From: a virus
Taxonomy: Duplodnaviria; Heunggongvirae; Uroviricota; Caudoviricetes
Strand: one strand, 5' to 3'
Virus record (IMG/VR): IMGVR_UViG_2740892229_000011
Length of the DNA: 64,000 nucleotides
Shown: piece after piece, positions 32,542 through 43,108 of the stretch
Layout: each line of letters begins with the position of its first letter
Position numbering within the stretch: the first letter of the stretch is position 1
Position numbers and translations under genes: made by a program
The notes under the pieces: model-generated
The model's input: the letters and a program-made list of their open reading frames with translations, nothing else
What the model was told of the DNA's origin: nothing
Databases searched by the model: none

Positions 32542-33635
32542 CAAAGCAGTTTGAGACTATTGGAAAGGATCTCAATCATCTTGATATTTTCAGGCGTCAA
32601 ATTCTGCGAAAGTTCGGTTATCTTGTTGATAATGTTCTGTTTGGCATCAATTTCCCCAGCTTTCTCATCTAGTTTTTTGGGTTCGATGTCTTCAGGTTTT
32701 GGCGGTGCGACTTTGAGTTTTGGATTGCGGCTGTGAATCTGGATATAGATCGACCGCCCTCGCTTAATCTCGCTGTATTCGAGATAACCCAAATCTTGGA
32801 GAGCTTTTAAGCCGTTGCGTATAGTCTGATTCTGCGAGCTGACATTCCTGCTACTCAAATTGAGTCGCGCACGCAATCGAGCAAGCGATACCGGCGCAGG
32901 CTTGGTTGGAAGACTTTCGATGAAGGTGTACAGAGCCTGTGCTGTTTCTTTGCGTGGTAGCTTATTGATAACCTTTAACTGCAAAAGAACCTTATGGTCA
33001 AAGCGATATAGTTCGGCCAGCTTCGGTTCTGCATAGAACACCACCGTATCTTTCTGCTCGTTGTAGTCCACGCTATTGATGAGGTGCACCATCAGAAGCG
33101 AGATCTTGTTAGAGCCGTCGACGTTCTTTTCTTCATACGTTCTCTGGAAAGACAGAGTTGTACGCATGATCTTCAAAAGACTGTTTGTAAGCCGGTCGCG
33201 GAGTGTTTTGCGGATCTGTGACGATGGATAGCCACAAAACTTCGCAAATTTCGTGATGCTTAACTCGACACGACCGTTAGGTTCGCCGTATTCTGCCAGC
33301 GAACGCACAACGCCCACCCACGTTTTGAAATCATGATCCATGTCGAGACGAGGACCGGTTATCTTGATATCGGAATAGCCTTCAGAACGGGCTACTTCGA
33401 GCTGAACAAGCTCCTTTGAAGCATCGATCTCATTTGGCTTGTTACGCTTGCTGTATTTTGTCCCCTTGAGCGTGGGCACGAACAATCCCAGCCGCATCAA
33501 CGCAATTGGTTGGACTGTATTGTTGCTATTAGGGACAAGTTCCCCTGTGTACAATTCAAGGGAACCTTCTTCAAAGTTGTCGAGATTATCTTCTACTTCT
33601 TTGTTATTTTTACCTTTTTTATTTTTTGTGGACAT
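32541..33635 (-). CDS. Iteron-binding replication initiator (RepA/Rep_3-like)
   Basis: Gene flanked on both sides by iterons; start set at internal ATG with SD AAAGG (MSTKNKKGKNNK...); motif IALMRLGLFVPT resembles Rep_3-family initiators. Confidence 0.65.
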   Translation of the reverse strand: MSTKNKKGKNNKEVEDNLDNFEEGSLELYTGELVPNSNNTVQPIALMRLGLFVPTLKGTKYSKRNKPNEIDASKELVQLEVARSEGYSDIKITGPRLDMDHDFKTWVGVVRSLAEYGEPNGRVELSITKFAKFCGYPSSQIRKTLRDRLTNSLLKIMRTTLSFQRTYEEKNVDGSNKISLLMVHLINSVDYNEQKDTVVFYAEPKLAELYRFDHKVLLQLKVINKLPRKETAQALYTFIESLPTKPAPVSLARLRARLNLSSRNVSSQNQTIRNGLKALQDLGYLEYSEIKRGRSIYIQIHSRNPKLKVAPPKPEDIEPKKLDEKAGEIDAKQNIINKITELSQNLTPENIKMIEILSNSLKLL

Positions 33636-33654
33636 GTGGACACCTTTGTCATTC

Positions 33655-33757
33655 AACCGCTGACAGCATACTTGATTTGCCGCTGACAGAATACCAAAAA
33701 CAGTTGGCAGCATACGGTGAACCGCTGACAGACTATCAATTACCGCTGACAGCATAC
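33655..33757. repeat. Upstream iteron set (about 4 copies) overlapping the rep promoter region (incC-like)
   Basis: aaccgctgacagcatac, tgccgctgacagaatac, gaaccgctgacagactatc, taccgctgacagcatac. Confidence 0.75.
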
Positions 33758-33794
33758 ATGAACATGGCTTCAGACCAGTCGTGGCGCGGCTTAC

Positions 33795-33870
33795 AGCGAT
33801 CGGGGATCTTATTTGATCTATACAAGGATCTATCTATGGATCTCTTTATTAGGATCTATCCTGTGGATAT
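33795..33870. promoter_or_regulatory. Origin core: cluster of six GATC (Dam) sites plus DnaA-box-like ATATCCACA
   Basis: Six GATC within about 60 bp, followed by tcctgtggatat (reverse complement ATATCCACAGGA, 8/9 match to TTATCCACA); adjacent to the upstream iterons, as in the P1 oriR layout. Confidence 0.6.
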
Positions 33871-33956
33871 GTGAATAATTAAAACAGGCATTTACTACCT
33901 TCGGCGCACCTGGTGGGTTATCGTTGCCTCGGCTAACAATCACAGAAAAATGACAT

Positions 33957-34601
33957 ATGGATCTAAAACGCACGCGCTGGGTTCGTCGTCTTGAAGACGG
34001 CTCCTACACTATCGAATCAAATTCCAACCTGAATAAGCAGAAGTTGCTTTGTGACATCTGCGGTATAGCGGCGAAGTGCCCGATCTACGAAACCAGAATT
34101 AAACTTGATAAGGCTGGTGTGAATTTTCATTTAAACAGTTGCATCAGGTACGTTCCATTACTCGCATTTCGTAAACCGATCATCGGATTGGATGCTCCCT
34201 ACTTCAACACACTCCGTTCAGGTGTGACGTGGCGAGATCGTTTATCACCAGACAAGCTGATTTGCCTCGTATCCGCAGACACAGGGAAAATCATCCGTTT
34301 TGGGAAAGTAGACAAGGTTTACTCAGGCCCAGTAGACGAAATGTTGCGGAAGCACAGCCGGTTTAATCATCTCTGTATGGGTGGTGAGAAAATCGAGAAA
34401 GTAGAAGAAGTGATCCGCAAATCCTACGGACACTTTCTGACCAAAGATAGCCTGCTCACCGCAATCTACATCAGACATGTAAAACGTGAGTTCGACCTCG
34501 AATACCACAGCGAAGAAGAGCTTAACCTTGTTGACCCACGTCCAAAAGCTGGCGTCATAAGCATAAACGCAGCGCGTAAAAAGCCCACTGACGCGCTGTA
34601 A
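33957..34601 (+). CDS. hypothetical protein adjacent to the origin
   Basis: 214-aa ORF; no recognisable motif. Confidence 0.4.
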   Translation: MDLKRTRWVRRLEDGSYTIESNSNLNKQKLLCDICGIAAKCPIYETRIKLDKAGVNFHLNSCIRYVPLLAFRKPIIGLDAPYFNTLRSGVTWRDRLSPDKLICLVSADTGKIIRFGKVDKVYSGPVDEMLRKHSRFNHLCMGGEKIEKVEEVIRKSYGHFLTKDSLLTAIYIRHVKREFDLEYHSEEELNLVDPRPKAGVISINAARKKPTDAL

Positions 34602-34855
34602 CCCTCCAGATCGTATATTGGCGTAGATAGAATCTACGCCCCCTCAAAATAGCTCTCATAGCGTTCTACAGTGATCCTGTCTTATTTTTAGTCATACAGA
34701 CAAGCAAAGTTGCGCCACGATAAATAGGTATATACTTACTTATAAATTTTGTATATTAAGGCGCTCGTTTCATTCCTAACATACCGTTATGCATAGTTGT
34801 TTACCTCCTCATTGCTCTTAGAATTTGTATCAAAATAACCACAAAGGAAAAATAC

Positions 34856-35941
34856 ATGACTTTGCCATACGGCGTCATTTCTGACTGCCACTACCACAAA
34901 TGGGATGCGTTCTCCACGACGAACGCTGAGGGGCTTAACTCCAGACTTGAAATACAGTTGGAAGCAACGAAAGAAGCAGCCATCGCCATGAAGAAGGCCG
35001 GTTGTAAGTACATGTTGGTTGCCGGTGATACATTTCACGTCCGAGGAACTGTGTCCCCTTCTGTTTTGCATTACGTAACTGAAACGTACAAGTGGATTAT
35101 CAACGAGCTTGATCTGACAGTAGTAATGCTGGCCGGTAATCACGATCTTGAAACCAACGATTCAGTATATAGCGCCAACGCAGCAGCATCGCTGAGTTCT
35201 ATCGGCGTGGTAATCGTATGTGGCAAGCGCCCACACTCAATAAAAATTGGTGATGTGACTGTCCACCTGATTAGCTGGCGTAACAATCATGCGGAGCTTA
35301 TCAGCGATCTGAAAGCATTACGTAAGAGCGTAGAAGGTGATAATCATGACGTTGTTATCCATACATCCATTAACAAAGCCATTCCAACAATGCCTGACGT
35401 CGGTATCGATGCGCAGGAGTTAAAGGATATCGGCTTTCGTCTCGTGCTTAGTGGGCATTACCACAACCACAAAGAGGTCATTCCTGGAGTTATCAGTGTC
35501 GGTGCACTGACTCATCAAAATTGGGGAGATGTTGGATCTCTGGCTGGCTACATGATCGTAAACCCGGACGGCAGTTTCAGTCACTACGAAACCAGTGCGC
35601 CTAAATTCATTAACCTGGAAGATGATGTTGCTGATGACCAAATTCGCGGCAACTACGTGCGTTTCCGCGCCGTAATTGAGAACGATGAAGAAGGCATTAA
35701 GTACCAGAACATCCTCAAAACAATGGGTGCAAAAGGTGTCGTGTGCAACTTCATCCGTAAGTCATCAATGATGGAAGGGACAGCCAGCACAACTGAAACC
35801 AGCAAAATCGATAGCCTGGGAGAGTCGGTATCTGCTTATTGCAAGATTGTCCACGATACTGACGGCGGATTTGATCTGAGCAAATTGGATATTTTGTGTC
35901 AGGAAATCCTCACCGAAGCGGAGAGTTCGGAGGCTGTGTGA
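34856..35941 (+). CDS. Mre11/SbcD-like nuclease (calcineurin-like phosphoesterase; T4 gp47-like)
   Basis: Phosphoesterase motifs VISDCHYH, AGDTFH, LAGNHD, SGHYHNH; conserved TIR. Confidence 0.75.
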   Translation: MTLPYGVISDCHYHKWDAFSTTNAEGLNSRLEIQLEATKEAAIAMKKAGCKYMLVAGDTFHVRGTVSPSVLHYVTETYKWIINELDLTVVMLAGNHDLETNDSVYSANAAASLSSIGVVIVCGKRPHSIKIGDVTVHLISWRNNHAELISDLKALRKSVEGDNHDVVIHTSINKAIPTMPDVGIDAQELKDIGFRLVLSGHYHNHKEVIPGVISVGALTHQNWGDVGSLAGYMIVNPDGSFSHYETSAPKFINLEDDVADDQIRGNYVRFRAVIENDEEGIKYQNILKTMGAKGVVCNFIRKSSMMEGTASTTETSKIDSLGESVSAYCKIVHDTDGGFDLSKLDILCQEILTEAESSEAV

Positions 35942-36170
35942 AGCAAAGTCGTTATGGGAGCTTTCGAGACTTTGCCATCACGATGAAAAGACTTGAACGA
36001 GGCCAGACGGTGATGTTTCACAAGCCCTACCCGCCACAAGGAAATCCCGTAGCGTTTTATCTTGGAAGGTTAACAAGAAAAGGCGTATTGAGGCGCAGAT
36101 CCTTCCCGGCGCATACGGAGTTCAGATTGAAAGAAGGCCAAAAGCTAACACACGGTATCAGAGGTGTTAT

Positions 36171-38087
36171 ATGAAGTTTTTAAAGCTCCAGGTTGAGAAT
36201 TTTATGGCTATCGCCAGCGCGGAGGTCGAGTTAGATCAGCGTGGTTTAGTGCTCATTCAGGGTGTTAATAGTGATGATAGTTCCGCATCAAGTAATGGCT
36301 CTGGAAAGTCAACTCTAATGAATAGCCTGATGTGGTGTCTTTATGGCGAAACAGCTCATGGTGTGAAGGGTGACGATGTGTTGTCTACCGACCATGAAAA
36401 GAACTGTCGTGTTGCAGTAACCATCGAGGATGAAGGCAAGAGATACGCAATCATTCGTCACCGTAAACACAAAGAGTTCAAAAATCGTCTTATCGTTCGT
36501 GGTGAAGATGGCGATATGACGAAAGGCAAAGATGCGCTGACGCAGGAGTTCGTCGAGCGTCTGATCGGTGCATCTAAAGAGGTTTTCATGGCTTCCATCT
36601 ATGCGAGCCAAGAAGCTATGCCAGATTTACCTGGAATGTCCGACAAAAACCTCAAAACCATCGTAGAAGAAGCCGCTGGCGTTGACAGACTGACACGCGC
36701 CTACGCTATTGCTTGTGAGCGAGCTAATGCAGCTGCCGCACGTATGGATGTGGTTAAAACCAAATTGGAGTCGACAATCTCGACCATTGAGGCAACACAG
36801 TCAGAAATTGAGTCAGCGAAAGCCTCCTCTGAATCATGGGAGCAAGAGCGTTTTAAACGTTATGACGATGCCCTGGCTGGGCTGGCCAGTGCCGAAGTTG
36901 AGTTAACGGAAGTTGAACTTGAGATCCGCACTCTGCCCGAACAGATACGTGATACCGAGAAGGCAATCGAAAGTGAGCGCAAAAAGTTAGCCTCAAAAGA
37001 AGAACATGACGCCAAGTTGCTCAAAGTTCGTGGTGCGATAACTGATATTCGGGCAAGCATCAAAGCTACAGAAAATAGTCAGGCTGATGCAATGAACCGC
37101 GCGCGTAATTTTAAGACCAAAGCAGAAGAGGTTGGTACTAAAGTGGGATCACCATGCCCTACTTGTGGCAAAGCCTACTGCGAAGAAGATCTATCAACGG
37201 TGAAGGAGAATTTCATTGAACAAGCACGACAGGAAATTGGTCAGGCGAAGACACTTGCAGAGGCAATGGCTAAACACAAAACGAATCTTGAGAAAGCGTT
37301 AAGCATTGAGTCTGCCCTTGTTAAAACGACACCTGATGTAACGGCTATCATTGCCCGGATTGAAGAGCTTACGAAACAACTCTCATCTTTGCGTCATCGT
37401 GAGAAGGAGGTTGTTGCTATTGAGTCTCTTGTGACTCGTGCTCGTACTGAGGTCGATCGTATATCAAAAGAGATTAATCCGTTTATTGCTCTTATCGCCA
37501 GACACGAAAATAACTTGGTATCCAGTAAGTCTACCTTCAAGTCCTTAAAAGATGAGTTGAAGGCTATTCAGGAACAAACGTTGCTATTGGAAAAAGCTCG
37601 TCAGGTCTACTCTCCTGCCGGGGTGCGTTCTCATATTTTGACGTCTGTTACGCCTTTCCTGAATACACGCACTGCCGAGTATCTCAATACGTTGTCTGAC
37701 GGGAATATTACTGCTGAGTGGTCGACGATGGATGTCACTAAAAAAGGTGAGTATCGCGACAAATTCAACATTAGTGTGCAGAAGAAAGGTTCAAGTAAGT
37801 CGTTCCAAACCCTCTCTGGTGGTGAGAAGCGGAAGGTTCGCATTGCGTGTTCTTTGGCATTGCAGGATCTGGTTAGTAACCGGGCGAGTAAAAACATCGA
37901 TTTGTTTATCGGCGACGAAATTGACGATGCACTCGATACAGCCGGTCTTGAACGCCTCATGGGTATTCTGGAGTCCAAAGCTCGCGAGCGAGGTACTGTG
38001 CTGATTATCTCCCATAAAGAGATGAAGTCATGGTTCCGGGAAACTATTACGCTGGAAGTTAAAGAGGGGCGCAGCTATGTCGTTTAA
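36171..38087 (+). CDS. Rad50/SbcC-like ATPase (T4 gp46-like)
   Basis: Walker A NGSGKSTL, central coiled coil with zinc-hook-like CPTCGKAYC, signature LSGGEKRKV, Walker B LFIGDEIDDALD. Confidence 0.8.
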   Translation: MKFLKLQVENFMAIASAEVELDQRGLVLIQGVNSDDSSASSNGSGKSTLMNSLMWCLYGETAHGVKGDDVLSTDHEKNCRVAVTIEDEGKRYAIIRHRKHKEFKNRLIVRGEDGDMTKGKDALTQEFVERLIGASKEVFMASIYASQEAMPDLPGMSDKNLKTIVEEAAGVDRLTRAYAIACERANAAAARMDVVKTKLESTISTIEATQSEIESAKASSESWEQERFKRYDDALAGLASAEVELTEVELEIRTLPEQIRDTEKAIESERKKLASKEEHDAKLLKVRGAITDIRASIKATENSQADAMNRARNFKTKAEEVGTKVGSPCPTCGKAYCEEDLSTVKENFIEQARQEIGQAKTLAEAMAKHKTNLEKALSIESALVKTTPDVTAIIARIEELTKQLSSLRHREKEVVAIESLVTRARTEVDRISKEINPFIALIARHENNLVSSKSTFKSLKDELKAIQEQTLLLEKARQVYSPAGVRSHILTSVTPFLNTRTAEYLNTLSDGNITAEWSTMDVTKKGEYRDKFNISVQKKGSSKSFQTLSGGEKRKVRIACSLALQDLVSNRASKNIDLFIGDEIDDALDTAGLERLMGILESKARERGTVLIISHKEMKSWFRETITLEVKEGRSYVV

Positions 38088-38820
38088 ATTAAGCCGCTCG
38101 CAGTTTTTGCAGGTATTTGCAGTGATGCAGTCGATAAAACTGATCAATGGGCATACTTCCAATGGTGCGGCTCCACGTATTCTGTGGGGCAGCAACAATA
38201 TTGACGGAGTACAATTCGCCGCGTTGCTTGGTCTAATATCCGAGACACCATTGATGCAAAGTTTGAAATCACTACCACCTGGATGTATTGCGCCGATCCT
38301 GATTAATCCTTTTGTTGAGGGGGGATATCTTCCCAACGTCGGGCCTGGGTTTATTGCATCCCATGAAACTGAAGATCTTAACATTAATAGCGAAGGGTTC
38401 TTTGGGGGAATGGGTGCGCATCACTGTATGGCTTTCACGAACCTTATTCGACTTGCCAATAAGCGGGTGGATAGTTTGGCATCGCCAGGTGATGCTTTTA
38501 CTGGTTTCCTTATCCAAAGGAGGGATAAAAAGTACAGTGCGGACAAACTACAGTTTGTTGGTAAGTATGGAGAAATGGTAGAAATCGAACTTCAGCTCCC
38601 TCATGTTTTAGCAAACGATAGTGCAGACAGTCGGAGGCTGTTGGGCATCATGCGTCATTTCATAGCAAGTGGCGTTAAACATGCCGTAGATAAACGTGTC
38701 ACGCAGGAAAATGAGTATTCAGACTTTGCAAACTATCCCCAACCAACGTTGCAAACGGCAATAGTAACCAATTCGTTGGAGGCGAGATTATTGGAAAACC
38801 CTATATGGGGAACATGGTAA
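38077..38820 (+). CDS. hypothetical protein
   Basis: 247-aa ORF overlapping the end of the Rad50-like gene; SD GAGGGG. Confidence 0.45.
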   Translation: MSFKLSRSQFLQVFAVMQSIKLINGHTSNGAAPRILWGSNNIDGVQFAALLGLISETPLMQSLKSLPPGCIAPILINPFVEGGYLPNVGPGFIASHETEDLNINSEGFFGGMGAHHCMAFTNLIRLANKRVDSLASPGDAFTGFLIQRRDKKYSADKLQFVGKYGEMVEIELQLPHVLANDSADSRRLLGIMRHFIASGVKHAVDKRVTQENEYSDFANYPQPTLQTAIVTNSLEARLLENPIWGTW

Positions 38821-38829
38821 GGAGACTAT

Positions 38830-39399
38830 ATGAGTAAAAAAATCAGCGTAGTTGGTGTTGATCCCTCTATGAGCAACTTTGGGCTTGCTGTGGGCACTTT
38901 AGACCTTGAAACGGACGAACTTGAGATTCACGGCCTTACTCTTGTTGAGACTAAAGCGGGGAGTAACAAAAAGACCGTTCGTGTGAACAGTGACGATCTG
39001 CGCCGTGCCAGTGAAATATGGCGTGTTGCGAAGCCAATCATTGATAAGGCGAATATGGTTTTTTGTGAACTACCGGTTGGGAGCCAAAACTCTCGTTCGC
39101 AGACGTCTTACGGTATTTGTATCGGTGTACTTGCGTGTGTGGATAAGCCATTGATCCAGGTCACTCCAAACGAAATCAAGCATTTTGTTGGCAATAAACT
39201 TACTACATCGAAAGAAGAGATTATCCAGTGGGCTACGAAAAAACACCCTAAAGCACCGTGGCTGCGTCGTAAGCAATCTGGACAGGATGTTCTCGTGAAC
39301 AAAAACGAACATTTGGCTGATGCGGTGGCTGCCATCCATACCGGTATGCAAACGGATCAGTTCCGCCAGGTTCGCGATGTTCTTAAGTCTCTCATTTGA
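38830..39399 (+). CDS. RuvC-like Holliday-junction resolvase
   Basis: N-terminal VVGVDPSMSNFGLAVG, acidic residue in FCELPVG, C-terminal ADAVAAIHTG, matching the RuvC catalytic layout. Confidence 0.6.
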   Translation: MSKKISVVGVDPSMSNFGLAVGTLDLETDELEIHGLTLVETKAGSNKKTVRVNSDDLRRASEIWRVAKPIIDKANMVFCELPVGSQNSRSQTSYGICIGVLACVDKPLIQVTPNEIKHFVGNKLTTSKEEIIQWATKKHPKAPWLRRKQSGQDVLVNKNEHLADAVAAIHTGMQTDQFRQVRDVLKSLI

Positions 39400-39472
39400 T
39401 TTCATTGATAGGTAAGTGCTTATCTATTAACATGGGCCACTATATTTAGTGGCCCTCTTTATTTGGTGATAC

Positions 39473-41788
39473 ATGATAAGCATCGTAAAACGTAACGGCC
39501 AAACAGAGCCGTTATCCGAAGAAAAATACAACCGCGTCGTAATGTATGGCGTAGAAGGCATTCGTGGCGTAAGCGCATCCGCTGTAGCAATGGGAGCTGC
39601 GGCCAGCATTTTTGATGGGATGACCACCAGCCAGTTGCATGAGGCTTTGGTTAAATCTGCCGCTGATTTGATCTCACCAGAAGCACCAAATTACTCACAG
39701 GTGGCTGCCCGCCTGAACATTTTTAAAATCCGCAAAGATGCCTTCGGTCGTTACGACTATCCGAACTTCTACCAACACATTGTCAAGAACGTTAACAAGG
39801 GCGTTTATGACAAGGATTTGCTGACACATTATTCGTTTGAAGAGATCGAAGAACTCGGCAATTACATTAAGCCGAAACGTGACGATCTTTTTGGCTATGC
39901 AGCTACGGTGCAGTTGCAAAGCAAATACCTCGTTCAAAACCGTGTTACTGGTGAGATTCATGAGGGGCCGCAACATATCTATATGCTGGTAGGCATGTGT
40001 CTGTTCCAGAATTGGGAAGACGACTGCGCTGGCAAAACACGTATGGAGATGGTCAAAGGTTTCTATGACGTTACAAGTACGTTCAAACTGTCTCTGCCCA
40101 CACCAATCATGGCCGGCGTCCGTACTCCAACCCGTCAGTTCTCCAGTTGTGTGCTGATTGAGTCTGGCGATAGTCTGAAAGGGATTAGTGCAGCTTCAGC
40201 CGCAATTATCGACTACGTTTCACGTCGTGCTGGAATTGGTATTGGTTTTGGCCGTATCCGTGCGCTGGGCAGCGAGATCCGCAATGGTGAAGCCACCCAT
40301 ACCGGAGTTATTCCATTCCTGAAGCATTTCCAGACGGCTGTTAAATCTTGTTCGCAAGGTGGTGTTCGTGGTGGCGCAGCAACAGCGTTTTACCCGATCT
40401 GGCATCTTGAAGTTGAAAGTCTGCTGGTGGTGAAAAATAACCGTGGTATTGATGAAAACCGCGTTCGCCATCTTGATTACGGCGTCATGAGTAACCGTCT
40501 AATGTACCGTCGACTCGTCAGAAGCGAGAACATCACTCTGTTCAGCCCGCATGATGTGCCTGATATGTACGAAGCCTTCTTCACAGACCAGGAGCTGTTT
40601 GAAAAGCTGTACCATAAATACGAAGCCGATGATTCAATTCGCAAGAAGTCAGTACCTGCCATTGAGCTGTTCTCATCTCTGATGCAGGAACGAGCGTCCA
40701 CGGGCCGAATTTATATTGCGAACGTAGATCATATTAACGAGCATGGCGCTTTCATTCCTGCTCTTGCACCTGTTCGCCAGTCAAACCTGTGCATGGAGAT
40801 CACTCTACCCACTCGTCCACTGGCATTTACCGACGACCCGAACGGTGAGATCGCGCTATGCACTTTATCCGCTTTTAACCTCGGAGCCATCCGTTCACTG
40901 GAGTCTCTTAAAGAGGTGGCGTTCTATGCCGTTGCTGCACTGGATTCGTTACTGGATTATCAAGACTATCCGATGGAGGCAGCCGAAGTGCCTGCCAAAG
41001 CTCGTCGTAGCTTGGGAATTGGTGTAACCAACTTTGCTTATTACCTGGCAAAGAATGGCGTTCGTTATTCTGATACCGCTGGCAATAAACTGGTGCATGA
41101 AACGTTCGAAGCTATCCAGTATTACCTTCTTGATGCCAGCTGCCGACTTGCTGAAGCAAAAGGTGAGTGTGACTGGTTTGAGCAGACCAAGTACGCAATT
41201 GGTCAGTTGCCGATCGACCATTACCGTTCTTCATTAGACGAAAGTGGCGAAACCAACTTTGAGTTAAAGATGCCGTGGGAAGAACTGCGTGAACGTATTG
41301 CAAAATACGGCCTTCGCAACTCCACACTGACGGCACAAATGCCATGCGAGACTTCCAGCCAGATCACTAATTCCACCAACGGCATCGAACCGCCTCGTGG
41401 CCCGGTGTCGGTGAAATCTTCTAAGGACGGCATCGTTAAGATGGTCGTGCCTGAGTTTGAAAAACTGAAGGAACAGTATGAATACCTGTGGGATATGCCG
41501 GACAACCGCGGCTATCTGACAAAGGTGGCGATCATCCAGAAGTTCTTTGACCAGGCTATTTCAGCCAATACCAACTATGACCCTTCTCGCTTTGAAGGCG
41601 ATAAAGTCCCAATGATGACGCTACTGTCAGATTTGCTTCTCGCCTACAAGATGGGAGTTAAAACGCTTTACTACCACAACACCAGAGATGGGGCAGGAAA
41701 GCGTGATGACGACGAACCGCAGAATCCACTGACGCAAGCTGTAGCCGTCGAGCCAGAAGATGAGTGCGACGGAGCCTGCAAAATCTGA
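39473..41788 (+). CDS. nrdA: Ribonucleotide reductase class Ia large subunit
   Basis: Full-length alignment by eye to E. coli NrdA, including KYLVQNRVTGEI, PTRQFSSCVLIE, VKSCSQGGVRGGAAT, and the C-terminal CxxC tail. Confidence 0.9.
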   Translation: MISIVKRNGQTEPLSEEKYNRVVMYGVEGIRGVSASAVAMGAAASIFDGMTTSQLHEALVKSAADLISPEAPNYSQVAARLNIFKIRKDAFGRYDYPNFYQHIVKNVNKGVYDKDLLTHYSFEEIEELGNYIKPKRDDLFGYAATVQLQSKYLVQNRVTGEIHEGPQHIYMLVGMCLFQNWEDDCAGKTRMEMVKGFYDVTSTFKLSLPTPIMAGVRTPTRQFSSCVLIESGDSLKGISAASAAIIDYVSRRAGIGIGFGRIRALGSEIRNGEATHTGVIPFLKHFQTAVKSCSQGGVRGGAATAFYPIWHLEVESLLVVKNNRGIDENRVRHLDYGVMSNRLMYRRLVRSENITLFSPHDVPDMYEAFFTDQELFEKLYHKYEADDSIRKKSVPAIELFSSLMQERASTGRIYIANVDHINEHGAFIPALAPVRQSNLCMEITLPTRPLAFTDDPNGEIALCTLSAFNLGAIRSLESLKEVAFYAVAALDSLLDYQDYPMEAAEVPAKARRSLGIGVTNFAYYLAKNGVRYSDTAGNKLVHETFEAIQYYLLDASCRLAEAKGECDWFEQTKYAIGQLPIDHYRSSLDESGETNFELKMPWEELRERIAKYGLRNSTLTAQMPCETSSQITNSTNGIEPPRGPVSVKSSKDGIVKMVVPEFEKLKEQYEYLWDMPDNRGYLTKVAIIQKFFDQAISANTNYDPSRFEGDKVPMMTLLSDLLLAYKMGVKTLYYHNTRDGAGKRDDDEPQNPLTQAVAVEPEDECDGACKI

Positions 41789-41888
41789 CATATGGTGGGG
41801 CATATCCCCACCTTATCTTTGATTTGTAAGCCTTGTTTAAACACATAAGATAACAACTTGTTTAAACACATCAAAAAAGGAAAAACAC

Positions 41889-43031
41889 ATGTCATATTCA
41901 ACGTTCCGTTTGGGTGCTAATGATGCAACCAAAGAGCCTATGTTCCTCGGACAATCTGTCAACGTGGCACGTTACGATCAGCAAAAATACCGTGATTTTG
42001 AAAAGTTGATTGAACGTCAATTGTCTTTCTTCTGGCGGCCGGAAGAAGTTGATATTTCGAGCGATCGTATCGACTTCAACACGAAGCTGCGTGACCACGA
42101 ACGTCACATTTTTCTGAGCAATCTCCGTTATCAAACGTTACTCGACTCAGTTCAGGGACGTAGCCCAAATGCAACGCTGCTGCCGCTTATCTCTATTCCT
42201 GAACTGGAAACGTGGGTTGAAACATGGTCTTTCTCTGAGACTATCCATAGCCGCAGCTACACCCACATTATTCGTGGCATGGTGGACGATCCGAGCATTG
42301 TTTTTGACGGTATTGTTACGGATGAAGAAATCATCAACCGAGCGATCAGTATCTCTGCTGAATATGACAGGCTTTATGGGATGACCTGCGAGCGCCAGTC
42401 GTTAGGTGAGAAAGAGTTTGAACGTCTGTACGTAAATGAATATGGCTGGGAGCCATACCCTTTGCACCGTCAGCTTTTCCGCACGTTGGTGTCCATTAAT
42501 GCGCTTGAGGCGATCCGTTTCTATGTAAGTTTTGCATGTACGTTTGCCTTTGGCGAACGGAAGTTGCTTGAGGGTAACACCAAAATTATGCGCTTTATTG
42601 CCCGTGATGAAGCTCTGCATTGCGAAGGAACTGAACGCATGATCCGCTTCATGCGTACCGGTCGCGAAGGTTTATTGTGGAAAGAGATTGCTGCTGATGA
42701 AGAAAACGTCATTTACGACACCATGAAATCAGTCGCCGAACAAGAAATGAACTGGGCAGACTATCTCTTCAAAGACGGTTCGATGATTGGTTTAAACGCG
42801 GATATTCTGAAGACCTATGTAAAATACCGAACCAATCTGGCTATGAATCGTCTTGGCCTGAAGGCTTTATTTCCAGAAGTTACCACAGATCCGCTGGTCT
42901 GGATGAACAAGTGGTTGTTAACCGACACACTGCAAATTGCACCACAAGAGGCAGAGCAAAGCACATATCTGGTAGGTCAGATCGATTCTACCGTGGACAA
43001 GGCTTCTCTAAGCCAGTTTGCAGACCTGTAA
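41889..43031 (+). CDS. nrdB: Ribonucleotide reductase class Ia small subunit
   Basis: Unusually close to recalled E. coli NrdB ([42 protein letters not shown]); di-iron ligands present. Confidence 0.9.
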   Translation: MSYSTFRLGANDATKEPMFLGQSVNVARYDQQKYRDFEKLIERQLSFFWRPEEVDISSDRIDFNTKLRDHERHIFLSNLRYQTLLDSVQGRSPNATLLPLISIPELETWVETWSFSETIHSRSYTHIIRGMVDDPSIVFDGIVTDEEIINRAISISAEYDRLYGMTCERQSLGEKEFERLYVNEYGWEPYPLHRQLFRTLVSINALEAIRFYVSFACTFAFGERKLLEGNTKIMRFIARDEALHCEGTERMIRFMRTGREGLLWKEIAADEENVIYDTMKSVAEQEMNWADYLFKDGSMIGLNADILKTYVKYRTNLAMNRLGLKALFPEVTTDPLVWMNKWLLTDTLQIAPQEAEQSTYLVGQIDSTVDKASLSQFADL

Positions 43032-43108
43032 ACCGATACAAAGCATTATGTGGCCTGGCAACGCTGGGCCACAATGGATCACAAGAATTAAGAAGGAACA
43101 AAACTAGC

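Noticed and set aside
31961-33770. Possible CRISPR array: many copies of a short repeat separated by variable spacers
   Set aside because: The repeats are only about 17 bp, occur in both orientations at irregular 10-40 bp spacing, and lie on both sides of a Rep-like gene next to a GATC cluster and DnaA box. That is the pattern of plasmid iterons, not CRISPR, and no cas genes are present.
32551-33874. Track ORFs 32551-32736, 33439-33663 and 33626-33874 on the plus strand
   Set aside because: They lie antisense within the rep gene or across iterons and the origin, with no RBS or motif; considered spurious. The N-terminal 40 codons of the rep track ORF (33636-33755) were also trimmed because they overlap the upstream iterons and the internal ATG has a proper SD.
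35896-36174. Track ORF between the Mre11-like and Rad50-like genes
   Set aside because: It overlaps the 3' end of the Mre11-like gene in another frame and has no RBS; the 230-bp gap is more likely an untranslated spacer.
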